From the IMG/VR virus record IMGVR_UViG_3300030330_000812, positions 1-32,268 of that record: a stretch of 32,268 bases of DNA. One strand, written 5' to 3'. This stretch comes from a virus (Duplodnaviria; Caudoviricetes). Position numbers and translations under genes: made by a program. The notes under the pieces are model-generated. The model was not told the origin of the DNA, made no database searches, and saw nothing but the letters and a program-made list of their open reading frames with translations. Positions 10,202 through 20,548 of the stretch are shown in pieces (within the stretch, counting starts at the first letter, position 1; every line of letters starts with the position of its first letter).

Positions 10202-13200
10202 TTAACTTTCTGAAATATAATCTAAATATTCGTAGTCATCTCTATATAACTTTAACATAACACCTTGCCATACATTATAAAACTCTGGATATTCTTGTAT
10301 TATTTGATTTGCTTTGTTATATATCCAAACACGCATAGTTCTAGCTTCTGGTGTAGTTGATGATAACCACCAATCTGGATTTTTACTTGGGCTATAAATT
10401 TTAGACAATCTTTCTGCTTCATCCCAAAATGGTTGAAATACAGCTAATCCTTGTGCAGCTTCTTGGTCAGCTAGTATAGGATTAACACTATAACCAGTTT
10501 CTGTTTTGTTAATCCATACACGTTTCATTTCTTCATATTTTTCAAGACTTGATGTTGATGTTAAAGTACCATCTGGGTCTCTTAAATAACCAGGTAAATT
10601 TTCAACTAATTCGTTTTTATATGTTCTTTTTAATATATCTTCTTGTACTTTTGGCAGTTCTAATTCTTCTACATTTTCTGAAAATGTTTTGTATCTTAAA
10701 TATCCAATAGTGTCATTAATTGATTCTTGTGCTTGTTTAGGTGTCATTTGTTGTTTACCTCGTACAATATCGCTAAATGACCTTTCATCAAATGGATTGT
10801 CTACATTTAAATAATATGCAGTGCCTTTAGGTAATATTTCATAAATATCTAAATTTTCTCTTTTCCATTTTTCTGATGCACGTGTATAAGGTTCTCTAGG
10901 ACCTTCTGTTTCTACATCACGAACAGTTATCCAAGGATGTTCAAAACCATACAATTGTAAGAACTCATTATATGTTGCTACTGGTTCTCCATCATTTTTA
11001 TCTCTTATTCTGATATATTCCTGATATAAAACAGATTCACCCCAAAGATTACCTACATCATCTTTTATAAAAAATTGTGGTTGAAATCCTGTAGGACCAA
11101 AAAATTGTGTAATAAATTGATATCCAAATAATCTACCAGATGCAAGTTTTGAGTATTCTAAATATGCATCAGCTATTTGTCTTTTAGTAATAGTATCTGG
11201 ACTCCATTGTCCTGGAAATAATTTATCTAAATGTTTATCTAATTTACCAGCATCATATAATTTATTATGTTGTCCTGCAGCCATACCATATCTAAATATA
11301 TCAATAGTTGCATTAGCTCTAGCTTTTTCTGATTCGCTAGAACTATCATCTATTTGTTCAAATTCTTTTGTTTTTTGTACCCAAGCAAATAATTTTCTAT
11401 AAGATGCAGATACTTGTTGTGTTGGGTCAACTAAATCTGTAATTTTTTCTGCTGGTGGAAATGTACCAAATAATGTTTCACGTATTTCATCTCCAATATC
11501 ATTATCAGGTAATACTTTGTTTACTGCAAAAGCTACTACTGGGTTTGGTCCAGGAACAAAACCTTGTCCTAATAAGTTAATACCTGTTACATAACCTCTT
11601 GGAGATATACGCACATCTGAATCATCACCAAATATAGAATCTGTTAAGAATCCACCAAATGGGTAAATAAACTTTTCTTCATCAGGATTACCTGGTGCTG
11701 GTGAAAAGAATCCATCATCAGAACTAGAACCTAATGAGTCAGCTCCACCTAATCCTCTAATTACAACATGACCTTGTCTTACAGCTGCTGGATTTTCTGC
11801 TAGTATTTTTCCCCATGTCTGAAAGACTTCAAACCATACTTCAGCAAATGGGAATATATTTGCAACTTTATCTGATAATGCATGTCTTTGCGTTGTATCA
11901 TACAAAAGTTGTTGTACACCAGATAAACCAAAAGCTTTTGATTGATTATCAAATAATGTAAAATCTTTTATTTTTCCTGATGGATACAATGCATCTAAAC
12001 CTTTTAATTCATCAATTACAGATTTAGGTACTGCAGCATCTATAGCTTCTTTAATGTATTTTTTACGTAAACCTTTATCTAAATTTTTAAATCTATTACC
12101 AATAAACTGCCATCTAAATTGTTTGAAAGCTGTTGACCTATTTAAATAACCTATTGGTTTTGTCATTAAATGTTCAAATACAAAATCAAATGCATTATCT
12201 AATCCATCTAATATATTTTTATCATTTATATCTTCAGGAAACTTAACTGCTCCTACATCTAAATCTAAACCATCTGAATCAAGATATTTGCTTAATCTAT
12301 CTGTTACTGCACGTTTTTTAAAGAATTTTATTGTTTCTTCAGGATTTTCAGAAAAATCTAAATAATCTTTTTTAGTTGCTTTTGCTGCATTAGTAATATC
12401 AAAATCATCAGCAAACAATCTACCTTCTGCTATTGCATATCTAAGATTTGCATTACCATTATCAGAAGATGTTATATTGTATCTATATTCCTGTGAGTTA
12501 GGTATTTTTCTATAATCTTTACCTTTAACAACATTACCACCAGTTTTAATTCTTATTCTTGCTTCTATTGATTGTAAATACTGGTCAATAAAATCTGCAT
12601 CATCAAGTATTTTTTTATAATCTTGACCACCATAATCATATAAATTACGTCTTGCTTTAAAACCAGCATCACTATTTATCCAAGTTTTTAATTCATCACT
12701 ACCGTATCTTAATTTTGCTACTTGTCTTGATATTTCATCATTACGTAACATAATTAATTCTGTAAAAGCACCAGATACGTATTTAGGTAAATTGTTTGCT
12801 AAATCTGCTTTTGTTTCTGCATAGTATTCAAGTCCTTTTGCATCTCTGTTATATTTAACTTTTCCTAAAAAATCACTACTAAGAAATGTTTGTTGAGCAG
12901 CTTTCATAGCTTCCTGTGATGACAATAGCTCTACACCATCTGCATTTGCTTTTTTTATACCAGGTAATTTTCTTAAACTTAAAAACCATGGGTCTTTTGG
13001 ATTATGTGCTGATAACCATTGTATATATCTAAATGGATGATTATATAAACCATCTAAACCTTTCATAGCAATACGTGCTTGTTCTTCCATAAATACACGT
13101 GTGAAAAATGCTGCTCGTAATAAAACCATAGGTTTAAATACATTTCTTGTGTAATAATTTGCTAATTTAGAAAATGTATCATCAGTTAATTTTTTAGTAT

Positions 13201-15958
13201 TAATAATTCCATTTTCAAATGGATTATCATCTATAGCACCAAATTTGAATTTAGCATATTGTTTCGCATCATATACAAATCCTGCAGCTCCAGTTAATGC
13301 TTCTTCAGATGCATCTGCACGAAATACTTTACCCATAGCTCTGTTTAAAGCTTTATAGTCAAGTAAAGGCACTACATCATCTGACATTTCACTAAACAAA
13401 TGTGCAGTAACATGTTCTATATTTACAGCTTTTCCATCTTTAGGATTTCTTAAAGTAACAACAGTACCTCTAGAACCAACTGTAGGTAATGTTTCTTTAT
13501 TTTTAGCTAAAGCATAAATTTTAGATTTTTTAAGACCTTCAAATGTTTGTTCTACAATTTGTGCTAATACTTCTCCATCTTTTTCTTTTGCCTTTACTAA
13601 ATCTAAATCAACTTTCATTTGGTCATATGCAAAATCTCTTATAGAACCTTTATTTGAAAAATCTAATTTTCTAAACTTTTGTAGTTGTTTAGATGCTGTT
13701 TCCATATCATGTCCTACTATTTGCAAATGTGCTCCTAATTGTTTATATCCACTTGCAAAATTATTTAATGATATACCTAAATAAGGTACCATACCAAGCA
13801 TTTTTCTATATGCTGGATTGTATGATGCATTAAATGCTGAACTAAAACCAAGATACTTTTCAAATTCTAATTTGCCATATGTTGGGTCTAAGTCATCAAT
13901 TAACTTTTGTTTTTTAATCATTTCACCAGCAGCAGTTGTTCTATCAATAATTGTGTCATTTTTATTTATAGGTTTTACTTGTCTTAGTTTTTTAAGATTT
14001 TGACCAACCATATTGCCAAAACTTCTATAACTAGCATTTTCATTACCAAATGTAGATGCAACTCTTCCTAATGCTCTTGATGATATTGTTCCTTTTTTCT
14101 GCAACCTACTACCTGTTTCTGCAAGATTTCTAGATAATTTAGATAAAGTAAAAGAACCTTTAACAGGTAACAACCCATCTGATACTGTATCTAATGTTTG
14201 TAGTAAATCTGATGTTAAGTTATTTTCAGTTGTAGCTTTAACAACATATCCTTCATCCATCATGTCACTAAATATTTTTTGTATTTTTGCAGGGTTAGTT
14301 TCTTTTATTATTTCTTCAATAACTAATGGATGTAAATTTTTAAGTTTATTATTTGTTGCTACTGCAAATTCAACTGATTCATCTGTTTTTGCTAAAGCAT
14401 TAAAAAATCCTTGCATTTGTCCTTGATTAAGTATTTCATCTTTAGTTACTTGAAAAAATCTTGGAACTCTACCAAATAATGTATATTCTTTTTTTAATTT
14501 TTTAGCAGCTTTTTTAGTTTGTTTTCTATTTGCAACAATATCTGTATTATGTTTTTTAAGTGTATTTGTTGTATAGTCAACAAGATTGTCAAAATTACCT
14601 GTTCCTGTTAATGCATCAGCTTCTTTAGCAGTAGTTTCAACAACATCATCTGCAATAGCTCTAGGATTAATTTTTACTGATTTACCAGTTTGTTTTACTA
14701 TACCTAATTCTGAAGCTTCAAATGCTTTGTTTATACCTCTAAAACCTTTTCTTAAATTACGTAAACCTTTTAGGCCTTTACCACCAACAAGCTCTGGAAT
14801 TATTTGATTTACAGCATCTAATGTTCCAGATAAAGTATTAAACGCAACAGTACCAGGTGCATAAATATCTGCTGCTACTACTTTTCCTGGCGAGTATTCA
14901 AGTAATTCATTTGATTTTGCCCAATCAGGTCGGTAATAATCTTGATTAGTTTGACCAGCAAAAAAATATCTTTGTTTATTTCTACCTGCATAAAAATTAA
15001 TTTTATTTGGATTATATGAAGATGTGTAATGTATATTGCCATTTGTATCAAATTGTTTTATTGGTGTTCCAATATTGTTATATATAAACTTTTTAGCTTC
15101 TTCTTCTGAATATCCATATTCTTCTATTAAATCTCTGTATATTGGAGTTTTTGTAGCATCAACAGATTCTATTGTAACCTTTGTACCTCTATCAAAATTG
15201 ACTGGTTTACCTGCTAATACTTGTCTAAACATGTTTGCAAGTAATGGTTCTCCTCCCATTTTGTGAGCTTCTTTAATAATATCAATATGTTTTTTAAAAT
15301 CTTCTATTAGGTTTGTATCTTTACCAATATTTTCTACTTCTGTCCAACTAACATCTACTTGCAACCTATCTTGTGCTTGTTGTGGTGTGTAGCCATCTTG
15401 TATTAATTTATCGAATTGTCTTAAATCTCTTGCATATGCTTGTGACCGACCTACTGTAGCTATTTGTCCAGGCACTAAAGCATTAATTGGTGCTAGTACA
15501 GAATACTTTCCAGAGCCACCAAGACTAAATGTTTGGAATAATGCGTCTAACCCAGCAAAAATCCAAACACCATATTGCACACCAAAAGGTTTTACACCAC
15601 CTGGAGCAAAACCAGCAGTAGCCATATCCCATATTGTCATTTTCATATTTTGTTCTAAGTTTTCTGGTTGATATTTTTCGTATAACTCAGTCCAAAGCTC
15701 TGCTTCTTTTCTTATTTTATTTTTAACAAGTTCATCTTCTATCTCACCTACAGCTTCAAAATTAGGATTTATATTATTTATACCCATAGCAACAACTACA
15801 TCTGTAGGTAAAGCAGGATATTGTTCTGCTATTTGTTGTATATTGTTTACTAATTCTGGATTTTGTTGAAATGCAAGTTTGTAATTATTAACTTGACTTA
15901 AAGCTTTTTTATATGCTTTTTCTTTATCTTGTTCTGCAAAATAATCAGGAAACAACAT
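10202..15958 (-). CDS. Giant internal virion/DNA ejection protein (1918 aa), T7 gp16-like role
   Basis: Very large helical protein in the structural operon. The FPFAEVWFEVFQTWGK segment resembles FxPF motifs of podoviral ejection proteins. No catalytic motif recognised. Confidence 0.6.
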   Translation of the reverse strand: MLFPDYFAEQDKEKAYKKALSQVNNYKLAFQQNPELVNNIQQIAEQYPALPTDVVVAMGINNINPNFEAVGEIEDELVKNKIRKEAELWTELYEKYQPENLEQNMKMTIWDMATAGFAPGGVKPFGVQYGVWIFAGLDALFQTFSLGGSGKYSVLAPINALVPGQIATVGRSQAYARDLRQFDKLIQDGYTPQQAQDRLQVDVSWTEVENIGKDTNLIEDFKKHIDIIKEAHKMGGEPLLANMFRQVLAGKPVNFDRGTKVTIESVDATKTPIYRDLIEEYGYSEEEAKKFIYNNIGTPIKQFDTNGNIHYTSSYNPNKINFYAGRNKQRYFFAGQTNQDYYRPDWAKSNELLEYSPGKVVAADIYAPGTVAFNTLSGTLDAVNQIIPELVGGKGLKGLRNLRKGFRGINKAFEASELGIVKQTGKSVKINPRAIADDVVETTAKEADALTGTGNFDNLVDYTTNTLKKHNTDIVANRKQTKKAAKKLKKEYTLFGRVPRFFQVTKDEILNQGQMQGFFNALAKTDESVEFAVATNNKLKNLHPLVIEEIIKETNPAKIQKIFSDMMDEGYVVKATTENNLTSDLLQTLDTVSDGLLPVKGSFTLSKLSRNLAETGSRLQKKGTISSRALGRVASTFGNENASYRSFGNMVGQNLKKLRQVKPINKNDTIIDRTTAAGEMIKKQKLIDDLDPTYGKLEFEKYLGFSSAFNASYNPAYRKMLGMVPYLGISLNNFASGYKQLGAHLQIVGHDMETASKQLQKFRKLDFSNKGSIRDFAYDQMKVDLDLVKAKEKDGEVLAQIVEQTFEGLKKSKIYALAKNKETLPTVGSRGTVVTLRNPKDGKAVNIEHVTAHLFSEMSDDVVPLLDYKALNRAMGKVFRADASEEALTGAAGFVYDAKQYAKFKFGAIDDNPFENGIINTKKLTDDTFSKLANYYTRNVFKPMVLLRAAFFTRVFMEEQARIAMKGLDGLYNHPFRYIQWLSAHNPKDPWFLSLRKLPGIKKANADGVELLSSQEAMKAAQQTFLSSDFLGKVKYNRDAKGLEYYAETKADLANNLPKYVSGAFTELIMLRNDEISRQVAKLRYGSDELKTWINSDAGFKARRNLYDYGGQDYKKILDDADFIDQYLQSIEARIRIKTGGNVVKGKDYRKIPNSQEYRYNITSSDNGNANLRYAIAEGRLFADDFDITNAAKATKKDYLDFSENPEETIKFFKKRAVTDRLSKYLDSDGLDLDVGAVKFPEDINDKNILDGLDNAFDFVFEHLMTKPIGYLNRSTAFKQFRWQFIGNRFKNLDKGLRKKYIKEAIDAAVPKSVIDELKGLDALYPSGKIKDFTLFDNQSKAFGLSGVQQLLYDTTQRHALSDKVANIFPFAEVWFEVFQTWGKILAENPAAVRQGHVVIRGLGGADSLGSSSDDGFFSPAPGNPDEEKFIYPFGGFLTDSIFGDDSDVRISPRGYVTGINLLGQGFVPGPNPVVAFAVNKVLPDNDIGDEIRETLFGTFPPAEKITDLVDPTQQVSASYRKLFAWVQKTKEFEQIDDSSSESEKARANATIDIFRYGMAAGQHNKLYDAGKLDKHLDKLFPGQWSPDTITKRQIADAYLEYSKLASGRLFGYQFITQFFGPTGFQPQFFIKDDVGNLWGESVLYQEYIRIRDKNDGEPVATYNEFLQLYGFEHPWITVRDVETEGPREPYTRASEKWKRENLDIYEILPKGTAYYLNVDNPFDERSFSDIVRGKQQMTPKQAQESINDTIGYLRYKTFSENVEELELPKVQEDILKRTYKNELVENLPGYLRDPDGTLTSTSSLEKYEEMKRVWINKTETGYSVNPILADQEAAQGLAVFQPFWDEAERLSKIYSPSKNPDWWLSSTTPEARTMRVWIYNKANQIIQEYPEFYNVWQGVMLKLYRDDYEYLDYISES

Positions 15959-16356
15959 TATACGTTCCTGTTATTTATTAACTCCAAAATTATTGGTGAT
16001 GGGTTTGTTTGATAAAGAGCCTGTAATATTAAATCTGTATTGTCAGATACAACCATTGGCATATCTCCAGGACCAGTAGGTACACCAGCTGTAATAGGTT
16101 CAGTAGGATTTTCTGTAGGTGCAAACACATTAGGAGCTACCATTGGCGGTGGTGTTGCTTTAGGTAAACCACCTCCAGCAGAAACTTGGTCTTCTAATTT
16201 TTTTCTAGAACCATAATCTCCACCACGTGCAGCTACAGGTGCTGTAGGATTGCCATCTGTTCTTTGACTCAATGCTCCTGGACCAGAAACTGCATTAGAT
16301 GTTTTAGCTTTTGGTTTTCTATATCCACCTCTACCACGATTATAAGTAGCCATCAT
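15958..16356 (-). CDS. Pro/Gly-rich virion-associated hypothetical protein
   Basis: Start probably at 16356/16353 after AGGGG. Basic RGRGG N-terminus and GPGALSQRTDG motif. Confidence 0.6.
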   Translation of the reverse strand: MMATYNRGRGGYRKPKAKTSNAVSGPGALSQRTDGNPTAPVAARGGDYGSRKKLEDQVSAGGGLPKATPPPMVAPNVFAPTENPTEPITAGVPTGPGDMPMVVSDNTDLILQALYQTNPSPIILELINNRNV

Positions 16357-16513
16357 TTCCCCTATCATAAAATTCTTTTGTTATAAAAATAATTATGCCT
16401 TCTGCTGGGTATATAATATTTTCTACTTTTTCTGATAAAACATCAAATTCATCTTGTACACCATACTCATTGTATATCATGTCCCAAAATTCATTTTGTA
16501 CGTAATCTTCCAT
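16340..16513 (-). CDS. Small acidic hypothetical protein (57 aa, MEDYVQNEFWDMIY...); not in the ORF track
   Basis: TAATG-coupled to the portal stop codon and fills the gap. Confidence 0.7.
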   Translation of the reverse strand: MEDYVQNEFWDMIYNEYGVQDEFDVLSEKVENIIYPAEGIIIFITKEFYDRGNDGYL

Positions 16514-18309
16514 TATCCCATTCCAAATGCTTGTGCAATAGTAGGTGGTTGGGCCTGTGGTGGTAGGCCCTGACCACCTAATGCTTGTTGCGCTATCAAA
16601 GCTTCTTGTTCAGGTGTCATTCCTGGTTCTTCAGGAGTGTAAAATTGTTTCATTACTTCTGTAATAGAATTAGGTTGTTCGTATATTGCTATAGCAGCCA
16701 TTGTAGCAGCTGGGTCACCTTGTGCTGACCTAGCAAGTATTGAATCAAATAAAACACCTTCGGCTTTACCTTTCCTAATTCTCTCTTGTACTTTCTGTAT
16801 ATTCTCTAAACCATCAATATTATCTTGTAAAGTTTCTGTATCAATAACACCAGCTTGTAATAATTGCAATCCTGTAACAATTTTTTGTGGTTCATCAAAA
16901 CCAGCCATGACTCCGTATATACGTCTTGTTACAGTATCTCCTCCAATATCTTTTAAAGGTTGATAGTTTTCAGAAAATGCAGCACCGTTAAGATAACCAC
17001 GTATAGGTTTCTTAGTTACGTCAGTACTCATAGCAATAATCATGTCCATTTCTAATCTTTTAGAATCCATTTGTTGAATACCTTTTTTAATAATTTCTCT
17101 GTATTCATTAATCATTAATGACATTGCACCATTTAATTCTTGCAGCCCTGCACCTGTTACGAATGAATTTGGTGACTGTGCGTCATCAGTTACTGGATAA
17201 CCACCAACAAGTCTTAATTGTCGTTCTAATCTATCAATTTGTTGAAACAACTGATAAGGCATATTGTTTTGTGGTTTAGATACTTGTGTACCAGGACTTA
17301 AATAGTTTACAGCAAATCTACCTTTTCTATATTGTCCTGACTCTATTTCACCAGAAATGTTTGTTTCTGTAAAAACAGCATCTTCCATGGCTATAGCTGA
17401 CATAATATTTATTTTTGCCATCATACCCATCAAACCAATAACATGGTCATATTGACCTTTTAGTTGGTCAAAAGATACTCTTTTCATAAAAACAAAAGGA
17501 ACAGTTGATAATGCGTTTGGTATAAAATCTAAAATTAATCTTTTTTCTGGAAATACTACATAAGTACCACCTAGGTCATAATATTCAACAACTCTTACTC
17601 CTGCTCTAACATTATCTTCCCAATCATTAGAACTACCAGAATCATAGTTTAAAAACTGTGAAGGCACAGGTGTATAGTCTACATTATCTAAATCATCATC
17701 ATCTGTTGCTAATATCTCTTTTGCAAACTCTGGATAAATTTGTGCAAGTTTATATCTAGGTATTCTTCTTATAACAGCCATTTCTTTAGGTTGTTGGTCT
17801 GGACCATAGTTTCCAGGATATGTATCATAAGGGTCTCTTAGTTCTGCAGATGGATATACAAAACCATTTTCATCCATTTTTGTTGTAATAACCCATGCAC
17901 AATATCCATAACCAGGTATCCATCTAGATGCTTGTGATAATTGATGTGATAAATTTTGTTTATCATCATAAGCAGTAACAATACGTTCTAGTTTTTCTGC
18001 TTGAAACTTTGCTCTTTCTGATTCATTACCATTAGCAATATCTACTCGTACTTGAGGTACACCTGATATTTTTTGTGCAAGTCTATCTATACCTGATTGT
18101 AATAAATTAGGAGCAGGTAATAAATCAGCGTCTCCTGCATCCATACTATTGCCTAGTAATGCAGTCAGACCTTCTACTCCACCATTTAAAATTGCTTTAA
18201 TTCTAGATTTTTGTGCTTGTCTTTGTTGTACTGCTTGACCACTTGTAAGTTCTGCTGCACTATCAATTATTTCATTGTAATTTTTTTTACCGATTGATTC
18301 TATTGCCAT
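16513..18309 (-). CDS. Portal protein (598 aa)
   Basis: Overlaps the terminase end. Size, YGYCAW and RDPYDTYP segments and Gln/Pro-rich tail are typical of podoviral portals. Confidence 0.85.
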   Translation of the reverse strand: MAIESIGKKNYNEIIDSAAELTSGQAVQQRQAQKSRIKAILNGGVEGLTALLGNSMDAGDADLLPAPNLLQSGIDRLAQKISGVPQVRVDIANGNESERAKFQAEKLERIVTAYDDKQNLSHQLSQASRWIPGYGYCAWVITTKMDENGFVYPSAELRDPYDTYPGNYGPDQQPKEMAVIRRIPRYKLAQIYPEFAKEILATDDDDLDNVDYTPVPSQFLNYDSGSSNDWEDNVRAGVRVVEYYDLGGTYVVFPEKRLILDFIPNALSTVPFVFMKRVSFDQLKGQYDHVIGLMGMMAKINIMSAIAMEDAVFTETNISGEIESGQYRKGRFAVNYLSPGTQVSKPQNNMPYQLFQQIDRLERQLRLVGGYPVTDDAQSPNSFVTGAGLQELNGAMSLMINEYREIIKKGIQQMDSKRLEMDMIIAMSTDVTKKPIRGYLNGAAFSENYQPLKDIGGDTVTRRIYGVMAGFDEPQKIVTGLQLLQAGVIDTETLQDNIDGLENIQKVQERIRKGKAEGVLFDSILARSAQGDPAATMAAIAIYEQPNSITEVMKQFYTPEEPGMTPEQEALIAQQALGGQGLPPQAQPPTIAQAFGMG

Positions 18310-20210
18310 GGTGCTTCATTCATATCTGTAATCTTATAATCTCCGTAACTAGGTGTATAATCAGTTCCTATGTCTGCAAGACGTTCTTTTTGCATACGTC
18401 TAAAAACTTTCATAGGAAACCAACTTGCCATCACTATATCTGTTTTTTCCTTGTTTCTTTTAGAAACAGGTTTACCATCAAAGTATAACAACTGTTGCCT
18501 GTATTTTTGTATTTTAGCACTACTTTCTGAATCTCCTGTAGGTAAATGTATTTTTCTATTTTCAAACAAGTCTGCCATTGCACCTACACCATATAGAGGG
18601 TCATGTTTGTTTTTACCAGTCAAATGACCTTGTACTTGTATACCATTACGTAATGTAAACTCTTTTATTGATTCATCTAGCCTTATGGCAGATTGGAAAC
18701 CATTTTCTTCTACTATCCAATGTCTACAGTCATAATGGTGTAACCAATCAGACATTTGGTCTAATGCAGCTCTAATACCTCCACCTTTACGATTTTCTAA
18801 ATCTATAAGGTATAACTCGCCTCTATATGCATCTATACCCCATAATACAGATGCTTGAAAACCAGATGATGCAGGGTCAAGTCCAGCAACTAAATGTAAG
18901 TTATGGTAGTGTTCACCCATAATTAAATCAGGTCGCATACACTGGTCAATAATATTCATAGTAAAAATTTGTGTACCTTCTACATAAGTCTGGTTGTAAT
19001 AAACCATTTCAAATATTTGCCTACCACCTGTAGATGATGCTGACCTAGCTCTAGACATCAACCAATCAAAACTTCTTTTTGTTGGCCATAGAACACAATC
19101 AACATGTTCTTCTGGTGTATGTTCTGGTAAATCACAATCTAATCTATGTGCTGTTTCTACTATTGATGTAAAGTTATCACTATCAAGCAAGTGGTGATAT
19201 AAATCATCAGGATGTTGCCTACTACCAATAACAACTACAGCTGTATGTTCTTCTTTACGACTTGATAATGTAGTTGTCCACCATTGTCTTGTTGACTCTC
19301 TTGCACCAGGTTGCATAGTTGTTTGATGGTCTTCAATGTCATCAGCAATAATTAAATCACAGTCACGTGATAATATCTTACCACCCTTACCTACAGCAAC
19401 CATTGTCGGTGATTTAATACCTGCTACTGTTCTAGTGCCTACAGTAAATTGATTTTGACTCCAGTTCTTACCTGACCTGTTATCAGGTTTAAAGTTTGTA
19501 CCAGGTGGACAGTATGCATCACGTAGTTCTTCATTAGTATCTAATACGTCTAGTACAGCAGATAGAGCATTTTTTGCTATATCCTCGTTACCACCTACCC
19601 ACATAATTCTTATATTTGGATTTTTGCATATTTGATACACAGCAAAATGTATAAGCAGTTCTGTTTTACCATGTCTAGGTGGGCTAAGTATCAACAGTTC
19701 TTTTCCATTATCTATAGATTCTATTATGTTACTTATCCAGTTCTTATGAAAGTCCGCGGTTTCATACTTCTGCCCTTGTTCTGTACGAAAATATTTTTCG
19801 CGAAAGCTAGAAAAATTTCTAAGGTTCCTTTTTGCTTCTTTGGATACTTGCCAGTCTTCGGCAGCAAGGGAGTTCCTGACATCTACTTTATAGGCTGCTG
19901 ACATCCTGGAGACTGTAGCCGAGCTAGTATCAAGGAGAAGAGCTACCTCAGCTACACTAATGTCTCCATTAGCTAGTAAGTCTGCATAGCCCTCACTTAC
20001 AAAAGATTGGTAATACTGACCTCTCCGTACACTAGCGTAGTCGCCATCATCAGATTTTAGTTCCCTGTTAATTGGTTTGGTAACCTTGTCGTTATGTCGC
20101 TTGTCAGATGCGAATTGTCTTTTCTGGCAAGTAGGAGAACAAAATTTTCTCTGTTTGCCTGTCAGACGCTTCCTACATCCTTTAGCTATACATACAACAT
20201 TTTTGCTCAT
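18300..20210 (-). CDS. terL: Terminase large subunit with N-terminal Zn-finger and HTH extension (636 aa)
   Basis: Walker A PPRHGKT, Walker B LIIADD, coupling motif IGSR, RNase H-like nuclease motifs GLDPA, VEENGFQ and TDIVMA. Confidence 0.95.
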   Translation of the reverse strand: MSKNVVCIAKGCRKRLTGKQRKFCSPTCQKRQFASDKRHNDKVTKPINRELKSDDGDYASVRRGQYYQSFVSEGYADLLANGDISVAEVALLLDTSSATVSRMSAAYKVDVRNSLAAEDWQVSKEAKRNLRNFSSFREKYFRTEQGQKYETADFHKNWISNIIESIDNGKELLILSPPRHGKTELLIHFAVYQICKNPNIRIMWVGGNEDIAKNALSAVLDVLDTNEELRDAYCPPGTNFKPDNRSGKNWSQNQFTVGTRTVAGIKSPTMVAVGKGGKILSRDCDLIIADDIEDHQTTMQPGARESTRQWWTTTLSSRKEEHTAVVVIGSRQHPDDLYHHLLDSDNFTSIVETAHRLDCDLPEHTPEEHVDCVLWPTKRSFDWLMSRARSASSTGGRQIFEMVYYNQTYVEGTQIFTMNIIDQCMRPDLIMGEHYHNLHLVAGLDPASSGFQASVLWGIDAYRGELYLIDLENRKGGGIRAALDQMSDWLHHYDCRHWIVEENGFQSAIRLDESIKEFTLRNGIQVQGHLTGKNKHDPLYGVGAMADLFENRKIHLPTGDSESSAKIQKYRQQLLYFDGKPVSKRNKEKTDIVMASWFPMKVFRRMQKERLADIGTDYTPSYGDYKITDMNEAPWQ

Positions 20211-20232
20211 TTAACTAACTTTCTGTAGATGT

Positions 20233-20260
20233 TTGCGTAGTGCTAATTATATGGTAACAT
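20233..20260 (+). promoter_or_regulatory. Putative promoter for the intergenic structured RNA
   Basis: TTGCGT (20233-38), a 16-nt spacer, then extended -10 TGgTAACAT. Confidence 0.4.
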
Positions 20261-20266
20261 AACCAC

Positions 20267-20481
20267 AATTACAAACATTCAATAGGAGTAATTTACTACA
20301 AGTAAAGGTGCCATCGGGAGGCAGAAAGCTTAGAATCGGTAGAACGATACACTAGAAAGACAAACTAAGTACTCAAGGGTAAATAAAATTATTGAATAAA
20401 ACACAACATCTACTAATGCCCGCTACTGCCCAAAAAGACTGTAGCCACCTACTGTATTCTGGATTACCAGCATATTTTTTT
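20267..20481 (+). ncRNA. Candidate multi-branch ncRNA adjacent to terL
   Basis: Nested stems ATTCAATA/TATTGAAT and GAGTA/TACTC enclose four small hairpins. Further stems GCTAC/GTAGC and CTGG/CCAG are followed by a T7 run. Confidence 0.5.
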
Positions 20482-20548
20482 ATACATACTGTATATGTAT
20501 TGGGACTGTAGATTAACACTGGTAGGTCAAATAACTGTCTGTACATAC

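Noticed and set aside
10202-15958. 1918-aa protein as a virion RNA polymerase (N4- or crAss-like)
   Set aside because: ADDFDIT and DGLDLDV only loosely resemble DFDxD, and I found no T7-type Rx3Kx7YG motif. Not supportable without structure prediction.
393-19901. Plus-strand ORFs in the late region (e.g. 393..620, 675..1010, 4972..5280, 5365..5673, 14586..14807, 18370..18627)
   Set aside because: They are antisense shadows of long minus-strand genes, lacking SDs and motifs.
20277-20397. tRNA or hammerhead ribozyme identity for the multi-branch element
   Set aside because: No TTCRA T-loop or tRNA arm lengths, and no CUGANGA core to accompany the GAAA.
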